From: a virus
Taxonomy: Duplodnaviria; Caudoviricetes
Direction: 5' to 3' (one strand)
DNA: 53,538 nucleotides
Virus record (IMG/VR): IMGVR_UViG_3300025833_000212
Span: 1-53,538 of that record
Part shown: positions 18,345 through 27,037 of the stretch, piece after piece
How positions within the stretch are numbered: position 1 is the first letter of the stretch
How the letters are laid out: each line of letters starts with the position of its first letter
Translations under genes and position numbers: made by a program
Notes under the pieces: generated by a model
Told to the model about the DNA's origin: nothing
The model's input: only the letters and a program-made list of their open reading frames with translations
Database searches by the model: none

Positions 18345-19228
18345 TCCTCTACACCTCCAGCAACCAGCAGATTCGCGCCGACTTGATCAAGTCCGCCGTG
18401 CTTCGCTCTGACCTGTCGCCGGTGCCGGTCACGCTGGAGACTGACATACAAGTAGATGACGACCTGAAGGCGCAACTGGCCGAGGGCAAGACCATCAAAA
18501 CACGCGATGACGACGTGTTGCGCATCGTCAAGTCAACCCTGAAAATTGACCGATCTGCGCCCGGTGGCGACCGGCAAAAGGCGGTGCTGAGCATCACGGC
18601 CATGCTTGACCGCTGCCACACCATCGCCTTTGTGCGCACCCGCGCCGTTGTCAAGGAGAACCAAGTGCTCTCGGGCATCTACCGAGCCTGTGGCGCCACG
18701 TTGCAGGCGGTTGACGCTGATTTTGCGGTGCCGCGCTTTACCTGCCCCATTGGGGACGCACCGAGTTTTCACATTGCCAGAGTTTTGCAGGAGGAGGGTG
18801 GTGTGGTGCGGTGGCGCAAGGGCAAGCTGCAGTTCTTCAGGCTGGCTGATCTGTTCAAGCAAAAAGCCATTGGCACGCTGCCCAACAACGCCACGACCGA
18901 CCTTGACAGCGGCTTCGTTGAGCGCCACGAGGCACCTTCGTTCTTTTCGCTGAATGATGCCGGGGCCTTCGTCTTTGGGGATGTGTCCAAGCCGCGCGCC
19001 GTGCGCTACGCGCCCTTCAAAAACGCGCTGCGGCTGCGCAACATGACCAAGTATCTGGTGCAGCACAAAGTCATGAAGACGGACTACGCCTTCAACCTGT
19101 GCGCCGGTGACCTGATCGACTTCGCGGGCGATGTGCCGCTGTGCGTGATTACCGCTGCACACGTTTTCGAGAACAACGATGGCGGCCAAAACCACTACAC
19201 CCGGCTCTGGCTGGGCATGATCGGGTAA
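18341..19228 (+). CDS. baseplate hub protein (gpD/gp27-like)
   Basis: 295 aa directly upstream of spike and PAAR genes. Confidence 0.55.
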   Translation: MILYTSSNQQIRADLIKSAVLRSDLSPVPVTLETDIQVDDDLKAQLAEGKTIKTRDDDVLRIVKSTLKIDRSAPGGDRQKAVLSITAMLDRCHTIAFVRTRAVVKENQVLSGIYRACGATLQAVDADFAVPRFTCPIGDAPSFHIARVLQEEGGVVRWRKGKLQFFRLADLFKQKAIGTLPNNATTDLDSGFVERHEAPSFFSLNDAGAFVFGDVSKPRAVRYAPFKNALRLRNMTKYLVQHKVMKTDYAFNLCAGDLIDFAGDVPLCVITAAHVFENNDGGQNHYTRLWLGMIG

Positions 19229-19231
19229 GCC

Positions 19232-19648
19232 ATGGATTACGGAATGATGCCCGGGCGCTACCCTGCCATTGTCAAAACCTACGATCAGGCGCGCCGGACC
19301 TGCCGCATTGAAATACCCGGGCTGACTGAGGGGGCTGATGTGTTGCCAGAGGCGGAACTTGAGTACCCTATCGGGGACAAGTCACGCGCTGGGGTAAACC
19401 CCACCGAGATTGAGATCACGCCCGGCGATACCGTGTGGGTGGCTTTTATTGGCGGCGATGCGCGCTACCCCATCATCACCGGATGGCGCAACCCGCAGGC
19501 GGGAAACTCGGTGGACTGGCGCAGGTTCCATCACAAAAACATGGAATTTCTGGCTGATGGCACGATGCGGCTGACAGTGGGGGCGTCAGAGATCATTCTG
19601 ACGCCATCTGGCATCACCATGAATGCCCCACGGATTGACTTGAATTGA
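19232..19648 (+). CDS. baseplate spike protein (gpV/gp5 OB-fold)
   Basis: RTCRIEIPGL...GDTVWVAFIGGDARYPIITG OB-fold; short beta-helix ending APRIDLN. Confidence 0.8.
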   Translation: MDYGMMPGRYPAIVKTYDQARRTCRIEIPGLTEGADVLPEAELEYPIGDKSRAGVNPTEIEITPGDTVWVAFIGGDARYPIITGWRNPQAGNSVDWRRFHHKNMEFLADGTMRLTVGASEIILTPSGITMNAPRIDLN

Positions 19649-19650
19649 CC

Positions 19651-19938
19651 ATGCCTGCCGTCACTAGACTGGGAGACGGCTGCACCGGCCACGGCTGCTT
19701 TGGCGGGCGCGCCAACGACCAGGCTTCTGGCGATGTGTTTGTCAACGGCATCGGCGCGCACCGCCAGGGCGACCACTGGGTCACCCACTGCTGCGGCCCG
19801 GTTTGTCACGATTCGACACTGGCGGCGGGGTCGAGCACAGTCTTTGTCAACGGCAAGCAACTGGGGCGCATTGGTGATCCGGTGGGTTGCGGTAGTGCAT
19901 CAGCGGCAGGCTCTGGCAACGTGTTCGCAGGTGGCTGA
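19651..19938 (+). CDS. PAAR-domain spike tip protein
   Basis: MPAVTRLGDGCTGHG...VFVNGIGAHRQGD...GSSTVFVNGKQLGRIGD. Confidence 0.9.
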   Translation: MPAVTRLGDGCTGHGCFGGRANDQASGDVFVNGIGAHRQGDHWVTHCCGPVCHDSTLAAGSSTVFVNGKQLGRIGDPVGCGSASAAGSGNVFAGG

Positions 19939-19943
19939 AATGC

Positions 19944-19985
19944 CGGAAAACAAAGCGTTTTAGCCCTCTTGTGGATGCCAATAAT
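19944..19985 (+). promoter_or_regulatory. putative late promoter 4
   Basis: CGGAAAACAA (1 mismatch) + 26 nt + AATAAT. Confidence 0.65.
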
Positions 19986-20007
19986 CTACCAACACAAAGG
20001 AGCAATC

Positions 20008-20490
20008 ATGGCAAATCTGATATTTTCATTCGAGGACATGGGCCTCAAAAGTGATAAGGCCACCCGCAATTTGGTTAAGTATTTCGCCAGGGCTGGTAAT
20101 GCGGTGGTGCAGGGCGAAGCCATTCCCACGGTCAAACGCACAGCGGGTATCAGTTACCGCGAGATGGTGTTGACCTTTAAGGACTCGCAAAAAGTCATCA
20201 TGCGCATCAAGCAAAGCGGCGACATTTACCAGGTGTTGCTCAACGGCAAGGTGATACCAATCAAGCATCAAGACGATCACGTCAAGGCCATCACCGAGAT
20301 TGTTCACGCATTGGACAGTGGCAGTGCCAAGTTTCAGGCCATGCTGGTGAAGCTGCAAGCCAAGCCACCGGCTGGTATCCGAACGGCAGCGCCAAAGATG
20401 GAGGCAGTACTGACTGAAAAGCGCGACACCCTGAAAACCGCCATTGCCACGGTGCGCGAAGAGATCGCCAAATTGGCAGAAACCGTTTGA
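20008..20490 (+). CDS. hdf: Hdf-like / DarA N-terminal-domain protein
   Basis: KRTAGISYREMVLTFKDSQKVIMRIKQSGDIYQVLLNGK followed by coiled coil; parallels the DarA N-terminus; AAGGAG RBS. Confidence 0.55.
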   Translation: MANLIFSFEDMGLKSDKATRNLVKYFARAGNAVVQGEAIPTVKRTAGISYREMVLTFKDSQKVIMRIKQSGDIYQVLLNGKVIPIKHQDDHVKAITEIVHALDSGSAKFQAMLVKLQAKPPAGIRTAAPKMEAVLTEKRDTLKTAIATVREEIAKLAETV

Positions 20491-20512
20491 TTTTCAACCC
20501 AGAGGAGACCCC

Positions 20513-20794
20513 ATGAACCATACCGAACTCACCCGAGCCTTGTCAGCGGCCAGCAAGCTGACTCAAAAAGACGTGGAGGCTGTGCTTTCTGCACTGGCCA
20601 CTGTGGTCACGGCGCAAGTCCAATCGGGCTCAGAGGTGGCCTTGCATGGCATTGGCAAGATCAAGGCCCGCCACAAAGCCGCCCGCACATCACGCAACCC
20701 GAAGACAGGCGCGGCAGTGGCAGTGCCGGCCAAACTGACGGCTGTATTTTCGGCATCGAAGTCGCTCAAGGATGCGTTGGCATTGAACCCATAG
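20513..20794 (+). CDS. HU/IHF-family DNA-binding protein
   Basis: MNHTELTRALS...EVALHGIGKI...AARTSRNPKTG...VPAK...FSASKSLKDAL. Confidence 0.9.
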   Translation: MNHTELTRALSAASKLTQKDVEAVLSALATVVTAQVQSGSEVALHGIGKIKARHKAARTSRNPKTGAAVAVPAKLTAVFSASKSLKDALALNP

Positions 20795-20797
20795 ACC

Positions 20798-20839
20798 CGG
20801 AAAACACGCCAAAAAATGGGCATGGCGGCATCCTACGAT
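20798..20839 (+). promoter_or_regulatory. putative late promoter 5 (leaderless darA transcript)
   Basis: CGGAAAACAC + 26 nt + TACGAT; ATG at 20847, 7 nt after the -10. Confidence 0.7.
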
Positions 20840-20846
20840 GACCGCC

Positions 20847-23800
20847 ATGCCCATTCACATTTCTGAGGTCCAAGCCATGCACCCACAACGCTACTGGAGT
20901 GCCGATGCGCTTCCTGTCGGCCAAACCATTGACCAACTGCTGTACGAGATTCGCTGCTCTGACCATGGAGACAACCTGATGCTTGATGGCGTCACGCTGG
21001 CCGACATCATGGAAGACTCAGACGGCACCGTGGCGCTTGACGCCATGGTGGCGCCCTTTGCTTCCCTGAATCGCAAGATGGAAGCGTTGCAGCGTGTCAT
21101 GGAGCGCACCAGCGGCACAGTCAAGCCCGTGGCCATGCAGGTCACAGACCCGTTCACCCAGCGCGGCGTGGCCAACGTGGCAACCATCTTTGAGCTGTCG
21201 GATGGCCAGACGGTATCGATCTATTTTCACAACCCGGACGTGACCCCCAAAAAGATGATGGGCACGGACGAAGTGATCTCGTGGAAGTGGCTGCTGAACA
21301 AGAAGGACATCACGATTGTGGTGGCCCCTGAGCGTGGCAGTGACCTCAACATCAACGAAGTGGCTCGGCGCATCATGAAGCTGGCCGAAAAGAACAGCGC
21401 GGCATTCCAGCGCGTAAACGCCAAAAAGGCTGAATCCATGCAGCGCCTGGGCAACTTGAAGACTGAAATTGCCGGGCTTGAAAAGGAACTCAAAACGGTG
21501 CAGGATGAGCTGGGCGTTGCGCAGATGCAGGCCGAAGAGCGTGCGGCATCCAAAGATTCACGCGAGGCTCTACTGGCAGCCCAAAAGGCCGCGCGTGAGG
21601 CTGAGCTGGCTACCCGTGTGGCGCTGTATGACATCGGCAATACCAACACGAAAACAGGGCGCTGGAACAAGAGTGGCGGGCAACTGATTGTCAGTAGCGC
21701 CGAAGGTGGCTTATACAAGTGGGTGTTTGAGGACGTGGTTCAGCGCACCATCACCAACACTGTCGAGGCGGCTTTTGAATGGCTGGGCGGCGTGCTGATG
21801 GGCATGGGTGAGGCGGAGCTGAGCCGCGAGCAGGTGCTGAGCCGTTTGAAGTTCAAAGATGGGACGGACTTGCTGGGCGCCACCCCATCAGTTGCATTGC
21901 CGGACGCACGCGGGGCCAACACTCTTTTGAATGAATACCAGGCGCTGAAATCACAAAATCCAGAGGCGCTTCTTGCGCACCGGGTGGGTGACTTTTACGA
22001 GCTCTTTGAACAGGACGCAAAAACGGCAGCATCATCTTTGGAGTTGACGCTTACCTCAAGAAACGGCACCCCGATGGCAGGTTTCATGTTTCATGCATTG
22101 GAGCAGAACCTAGCCAGTTTGGTCAAAAATGGATTTTCAGTTGCGGTTTCTGAGCGGGATGAGAGTGGCGTGTCTAGCATTGCAAGAATTGTCAAGCCTG
22201 AGTCGGTATCGCCTTCCGCTGCGCCTGTGGCTAGCGATGGTGGCGGTAGCGACAACTACGCATGGGCAGAAAAAGACATTGGCTACGCACCAAACCGCCC
22301 AAAAGGCAAGTTTTATATGCTGGTTTCCAAATCCGATTCAGCTATTGCATCTGCATTCGGCGCCGCACCAAAATACAGCGACATGGTGCAGTATTTCGCT
22401 ACGCCGGAAGATGCAGGCGTTTGGGCGAATGCAAATGGGTATGTGTTTGGGCCTAATCCGTATGTCGAAGTTGTGCCAGATATTCTTTCAGAAGAAGAAC
22501 TTTCTGCCAAGGCTTTAAAGGTTCAAGACTACGTCGAAAAAGTTATTGCCGGGACCACAAAACTCAACAAAGTTGATATTGGCGTGATTTGCACCAGTGC
22601 AGCCGACAAGATCATTGCAGTAACGGGATTGCCGGCACATTCAGCCATGGAAGTGATTATTGCTGATCGCGTAATTCACGCCACAAACAGGCATCCAGAT
22701 TTAACCAATGAAGACTGGGGCAGGCTGCCAAAATTGACAAACCAATTTGATGAAGTGGCGCTAGGCGAGAAAAATATAAATCCTGACCTGACCAGCATCG
22801 TTGTGAGGAAATCCTTCCCCGACGGAGAGGGGTTTGGCGCTGTTCTTGCGTTTGCTCAAGGCAAAGGCAAGAAGCGACTTAACCTGGTCACGTATTTCAA
22901 AGGTCGCGGTAAGAGCCTTGATGCATGGTGGGAAAAGAATAAGGGCCTTAACCCCCCCACTGTCCCGAACCACCCGGAACCTGCGTCTAGCGCCCATGAG
23001 GGTCTGTTAAAGCCCTTGGGGGAAACTGTACCCGCTCCAGCCGAGCCTGTCAACCCCGGCGCAGCCAGCACCAAAGAATCCCTGATCGAAGCCTACAAAG
23101 CCGCGTGGCAGACCGAGGCCGACAAGCTCAACGCACTGGTGGCCAGCGTGAACTGGGTGGGCATCACAGATGAAGCCAGTGGCAAATCCGAGATCACTCG
23201 CTTGTATGCCGAGTTGAAGAACACCAAAGACATTGCAGCAGCGCGCCAAGCCTTTGAGAACGCCGGATACAAAAACTGGAATGACCTACCCAATATGGAT
23301 GATGTTCCTGGGTATCGGGCGCACAGCGATGCCATGGATGCATTCCGGGACCTGAACCAAAAAATCAGCGACGCCATCAAAGACGCCACCAAAAAACAAG
23401 GGAAAGCCGACTTTGCGAACCTGCCAGCCAATGCGCCCATTGAAGACATGGCTCAGGTGGTGTACCGCAAGCATGGTATCGAGACCACTGGACGGAACGA
23501 CTATTTTGAAAAGATCATCCTGGCCATCAAAGACAAAGATGCTGAGGTCTTGCAAGGCGTGTTTGGCGGTGTTGGCAGCAACAACAACCTGGCTAGCATG
23601 GAGGTGTTTGAGCGCGCTACCGGGTTGAAGTTGGCCAACACGCAAAAAGCGCGTGCATTGCAGATTGACGCATGGGCAGACATCACCCCTGAGGCACGGG
23701 CACAGATCGAGGCTGACAAAGACGCCGCCTGGCAGGCCAAAGAGCTGATGGAGGCCGTTAAGGACAAATGGAACTACCTGACCTCATTCACCATTTACGG

Positions 23801-26800
23801 CAATGACCACATTGTGTTGAATGGCCAGCAGTGGGTGCTTGATCTGGCGTCCGAAGGGAAAACAGAGATCAAGACGTTTAAAAAAGGAGCCGTTCCCGTT
23901 TATGGATTGGGTCTCCCGGGTGGTAGCGAAATCAATCATGCAAAAAGCAAGACGGTAACTGACTTCTTCCGGGTGGCACAAAAGTTCGGCGGCCTGTTGC
24001 CAGCGCTGGCACTGGTTGGGGCGGTCGTCCCCGAGCCAAAGGCGCCAGTTGACAACACAATCCAAATGAAAGACGTGTACGGCGTGGATTTGAGCGTTGA
24101 CAAAGCCCAGTATGCCCGCGAGAGCGTTCAACCGGCTTGGCTCATCCCTGTGGACGTGGGCGGCGCGCCTGATGGCGACTACTACGCCCAGGAGCTTTCT
24201 GTGTTGCGCTATGGTTCATCCCTGATCTACCGCGCCGATGGCTCTGTGATGCTGGAAAAAAGCAAGACCGGGCAAGGCGACTTGGGCGGCGATGCCGATG
24301 CGTTCAGAACATTTTTGGCAAAGCCCAAGGGAATGACCGAAGACCAGTTCAAACTGGCCCAATACAAGCAGCTTCGCCTCGACCTGGACAGCGGCATGCA
24401 AAAGCCTGCACAGATCATTGGCGGCGGGCACAAAAATGCCAGAAAAGACGCTGAAAAGTACCTTGATGACCGCATTGCTGAATATGAGGGCAAGGTGGCT
24501 GATGGTGTGCCGATTGAGTTGACCGGCAAGGAGCTGGGGGACTTTCCGGATACCGAGCAAGGGCTTGTTTCCCTTCGCGCTGCGGCTGTTGCAGTCTACA
24601 AAAAAGACTTGGAATCAATTGACGGAGTGACCAATGTGGCTTTGAACAAGTTGGTGGCATTTGATGGCACAGGGCGCGACAAGATCGAATCTTTTAGCGC
24701 GGACCCCAGAAAGCTCCACCTGGTGGCAAAGTTGGGATCTATTGTGCGAGACGGCAAACCAACACCCATAAGCCCAATGCAGCCCCATGGAAAGTCGGCG
24801 CTCAAAGGCGTCAAGCTGGTGCATGTGCTTAAAACCCCCGTAAAGCTCGCAGGGGAAAGCATCAAAGTTAGATTCTTGGTTTACGAGAAGGCCGATGGAA
24901 ATCTTTTTTACGACCACAGCGTGGACAACAGCGAAGTAAAGGCAGCGATGGGTGGAAATGCGGAGGTGCTGGATTCAGCCGAAGCCGCTGATCTGAACCT
25001 TCCCGCCCTGCTCTCAAATGAGCCGTCATTCGAGCACCGCTGCGTGGAAAGTGTAGGCGATGATTTAGAAAACGTCAACGCCTACAGCGATTTTGACGAA
25101 TCAGAGGTGGGCGAGGTCTTCATGGCTGAAGAAACCACACTGGATTCAGCCACTGGCAGCCAGATGGTGTTCAACCTGTTCATTGAGGGCGAAGCGCCCG
25201 AGGTGGTGGAGTTTGAAGATGATGCGCCTGTGGCGCCGGTGGCGCCTGTGGCAGAGCCGGTTGCAACGACGCCAACAGCCCCCCTTGATGAAATCAAGTG
25301 GAAGAGACTGAAGGCCGACATCGTGGGCAGCATTTCAGCCATCGCAGCCATTGACAAAGGCCTGTCACCAGGTATGGACCGCTCCCTGTTTGTCAGCAGC
25401 ATTGCGGGCAAGATTCGGCGCAGCAATGACCGAGGCGAGACGGCCATGGCGGGCACTGCGCTGGCTTTTGTCGAGCGTGCGCAGCAGTCCATGCCCAAGC
25501 CTGCCTTCGCGCCATCCAACAAGATTTGGACAGAGGTGGATTGGATGCCGTTTGCGGCGCAGTTTGAACCTGTGAAGGCTGAACCCAGTTCAGCGCCAGC
25601 AACACCAACCCCCAAGACCCTAAGTGAGTTGCTGGATGCTGCAGGTCTGCAGGCGGTTGAGCTAAAAACTGACCTGAAGCGCGACAAGCGACTCATGATC
25701 TCGCGCAAAAGCAGTCCATCCGGAGATGGTGTCATCTTGAGGGTGTCTGGCGGTCAATATGTGATTTCGCAGAGCAGTTCTGATGCGAGCTTGAACGCCG
25801 CAGTCGGTGGAATTGTGGCTAGCATTCGTGAATTAAGCATGGGTGAACAACTGAATGCGGCCGAGAAAACATCCTCCCAGACACAGTACGACGCAGCCCC
25901 GTTCAGGGTGATTCCGGCATCCGTGGCAAATCGCCAGCTCTCAGAATTTGAAGGGCAAGACTTGGCTTTCGCGCAGGGCATGTTGAAGAGTGATAAGCCA
26001 TTCAGTGGAAAGCTCCGCATGAAGCGCATGGGCGGCGAGCGGCGTGAAATGTTCGAGGTGTCCCTGATTATTCGCGGCCAAACGCCATCTAAAGTCACCA
26101 GGCTTAGCGAAAGCAGCACCATTGAGGAATTGGCCGAACTGATCGCTTTGGATATGGATTCGCTGAAATTGGATTTCTCCACCCTATCCGATGATGTCGA
26201 GACGCCAGCAGCACCCGGCGCGCCAGTTGCGCCAGAACCCATTCCGTCAGCTACACCGAACGCCTCAACTGCCATATCTGAAGCCATTGATGCTGCCATT
26301 GACAGCATTGGAAATTCAGTTGCAACGGGTGACGGTTTGACTTGGGCTGTCAGCAAGGCTTCTTTGCAAAAGATGATCGCCAAGACAAATGCGGATGGCG
26401 ACAAGCCGTATCAGAAAGAGCGAATCATCGCCATCCAGCACCTGAAGGAAATTGCCGCATCAACCAAAACGCCGGTGATCCGGGAAGACGATGGCCGGGA
26501 CCCGCAAGTTGAAGCCGTCTATGAGTACAACACCAATTTCACCGTGCTTGACGCAGTGCGCGGTGTTCGGCTGCTCTGCAAGAAATTCAAAACACCCACA
26601 AAGAACATGAAGGACAAGATGCACAGCATGGCTATGGATGAAGCAAAAGGCCCCGCCAATCTTATTGACACTGACGGGATGTTGTTTGACCTAGCAATCT
26701 TTGAAAGTGAATTCAAAGGGGGGGATGGGGCACGGCCGGTGTCTGAACAACCAGTACCCCCCTCAGTCAGCAACGATTTGAATTTAGGCGAAATCGGTGC

Positions 26801-27023
26801 AAAAGTCAATGCCGACAAGGAATCTGACCAAATGACCGCCGACAAAGCCCTGTTCCAGTCCGTCATCGACGGCAGCGCCCCTGACCTGATCGAACCTGAT
26901 CTGGCCGACAAACTGGAGGCGGCCTACAACCGTCATATCGGCAACACAGACATGGAAGCCATGTTTGAGATGGCCGTGAATGCCTACGGTGAAGCCAGTC
27001 TTGCCGCCTCTGCTGATCTGTAA
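20847..27023 (+). CDS. darA: DarA-like large polyvalent virion protein (DarA_N, MutS-I-like, PBECR-like, two LPD3-like domains, DarA_C)
   Basis: FELSDGQTVSIYFHNPDVTP...WKWLLNKKDITIVVAPERG (DarA_N); YQALKSQNPEALLAHRVGDFYELFEQDA (MutS-I, ~21920-22200); HATNRHPDL..EDWGRLP...NLVTYF (~22530-22940); VTNVALNKLVAFDGTGRDKI...FYDH (~24510-24920); VSKASLQKM...AIQHLKEI...VRLLCK..MHSM (~26270-26640); ADKALFQSVIDG...FEMAVNAY (DarA_C). Confidence 0.7.
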   Translation: MPIHISEVQAMHPQRYWSADALPVGQTIDQLLYEIRCSDHGDNLMLDGVTLADIMEDSDGTVALDAMVAPFASLNRKMEALQRVMERTSGTVKPVAMQVTDPFTQRGVANVATIFELSDGQTVSIYFHNPDVTPKKMMGTDEVISWKWLLNKKDITIVVAPERGSDLNINEVARRIMKLAEKNSAAFQRVNAKKAESMQRLGNLKTEIAGLEKELKTVQDELGVAQMQAEERAASKDSREALLAAQKAAREAELATRVALYDIGNTNTKTGRWNKSGGQLIVSSAEGGLYKWVFEDVVQRTITNTVEAAFEWLGGVLMGMGEAELSREQVLSRLKFKDGTDLLGATPSVALPDARGANTLLNEYQALKSQNPEALLAHRVGDFYELFEQDAKTAASSLELTLTSRNGTPMAGFMFHALEQNLASLVKNGFSVAVSERDESGVSSIARIVKPESVSPSAAPVASDGGGSDNYAWAEKDIGYAPNRPKGKFYMLVSKSDSAIASAFGAAPKYSDMVQYFATPEDAGVWANANGYVFGPNPYVEVVPDILSEEELSAKALKVQDYVEKVIAGTTKLNKVDIGVICTSAADKIIAVTGLPAHSAMEVIIADRVIHATNRHPDLTNEDWGRLPKLTNQFDEVALGEKNINPDLTSIVVRKSFPDGEGFGAVLAFAQGKGKKRLNLVTYFKGRGKSLDAWWEKNKGLNPPTVPNHPEPASSAHEGLLKPLGETVPAPAEPVNPGAASTKESLIEAYKAAWQTEADKLNALVASVNWVGITDEASGKSEITRLYAELKNTKDIAAARQAFENAGYKNWNDLPNMDDVPGYRAHSDAMDAFRDLNQKISDAIKDATKKQGKADFANLPANAPIEDMAQVVYRKHGIETTGRNDYFEKIILAIKDKDAEVLQGVFGGVGSNNNLASMEVFERATGLKLANTQKARALQIDAWADITPEARAQIEADKDAAWQAKELMEAVKDKWNYLTSFTIYGNDHIVLNGQQWVLDLASEGKTEIKTFKKGAVPVYGLGLPGGSEINHAKSKTVTDFFRVAQKFGGLLPALALVGAVVPEPKAPVDNTIQMKDVYGVDLSVDKAQYARESVQPAWLIPVDVGGAPDGDYYAQELSVLRYGSSLIYRADGSVMLEKSKTGQGDLGGDADAFRTFLAKPKGMTEDQFKLAQYKQLRLDLDSGMQKPAQIIGGGHKNARKDAEKYLDDRIAEYEGKVADGVPIELTGKELGDFPDTEQGLVSLRAAAVAVYKKDLESIDGVTNVALNKLVAFDGTGRDKIESFSADPRKLHLVAKLGSIVRDGKPTPISPMQPHGKSALKGVKLVHVLKTPVKLAGESIKVRFLVYEKADGNLFYDHSVDNSEVKAAMGGNAEVLDSAEAADLNLPALLSNEPSFEHRCVESVGDDLENVNAYSDFDESEVGEVFMAEETTLDSATGSQMVFNLFIEGEAPEVVEFEDDAPVAPVAPVAEPVATTPTAPLDEIKWKRLKADIVGSISAIAAIDKGLSPGMDRSLFVSSIAGKIRRSNDRGETAMAGTALAFVERAQQSMPKPAFAPSNKIWTEVDWMPFAAQFEPVKAEPSSAPATPTPKTLSELLDAAGLQAVELKTDLKRDKRLMISRKSSPSGDGVILRVSGGQYVISQSSSDASLNAAVGGIVASIRELSMGEQLNAAEKTSSQTQYDAAPFRVIPASVANRQLSEFEGQDLAFAQGMLKSDKPFSGKLRMKRMGGERREMFEVSLIIRGQTPSKVTRLSESSTIEELAELIALDMDSLKLDFSTLSDDVETPAAPGAPVAPEPIPSATPNASTAISEAIDAAIDSIGNSVATGDGLTWAVSKASLQKMIAKTNADGDKPYQKERIIAIQHLKEIAASTKTPVIREDDGRDPQVEAVYEYNTNFTVLDAVRGVRLLCKKFKTPTKNMKDKMHSMAMDEAKGPANLIDTDGMLFDLAIFESEFKGGDGARPVSEQPVPPSVSNDLNLGEIGAKVNADKESDQMTADKALFQSVIDGSAPDLIEPDLADKLEAAYNRHIGNTDMEAMFEMAVNAYGEASLAASADL
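22932..23017 (-). ncRNA. putative antisense small RNA 1 embedded in darA after the PBECR-like domain
   Basis: 12-bp terminal stem AAGGGCUUUAAC/GUUAAGGCCCUU (23017-23006 / 22952-22941), internal hairpins, 3' AUUCUUUU. Confidence 0.6.
23025..23053 (-). promoter_or_regulatory. antisense sigma70 promoter for sRNA 1
   Basis: TTGACA (23053-23048) - 17 nt - TACAGT (23030-23025). Confidence 0.7.
24934..25043 (-). ncRNA. putative antisense small RNA 2 embedded in darA after first LPD3-like domain
   Basis: 9-bp terminal stem GCAGCGGUG/CAUCGCUGC, internal hairpins CUCGAAUGA-CGGC-UCAUUUGAG and UCAGC-GGCUUCG-GCUGA, 3' CUUUACUU. Confidence 0.6.
25050..25078 (-). promoter_or_regulatory. antisense sigma70 promoter for sRNA 2
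   Basis: TTGACG (25078-25073) - 17 nt - TACACT (25055-25050). Confidence 0.7.
26645..26774 (-). ncRNA. putative antisense small RNA 3 embedded in darA after second LPD3-like domain
   Basis: GGGGGGU/AUCCCCC stem, CUUUGAA/UUCAAAG hairpin, terminator-like CCCGUCAGU/AUUGGCGGG + GCCUUUU. Confidence 0.55.
26781..26809 (-). promoter_or_regulatory. antisense sigma70 promoter for sRNA 3
   Basis: TTGACT (26809-26804) - 17 nt - TAAATT (26786-26781). Confidence 0.7.
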
Positions 27024-27037
27024 CCGGGATACCCACC

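Noticed and set aside
19232-19938. PAAR and spike genes as a T6SS or tailocin
   Set aside because: Capsid, portal and terminase are present, so this is a complete phage tail
22167-22195. Minus-strand TTGACA at the end of the MutS-I-like domain, a possible fourth antisense promoter
   Set aside because: No TANNNT hexamer at 16-18 nt spacing and no terminal stem; useful as a negative control
22941-23017. sRNA 1 as a tRNA gene
   Set aside because: Right length but lacks canonical T-loop, D-loop, 7-bp acceptor geometry and CCA
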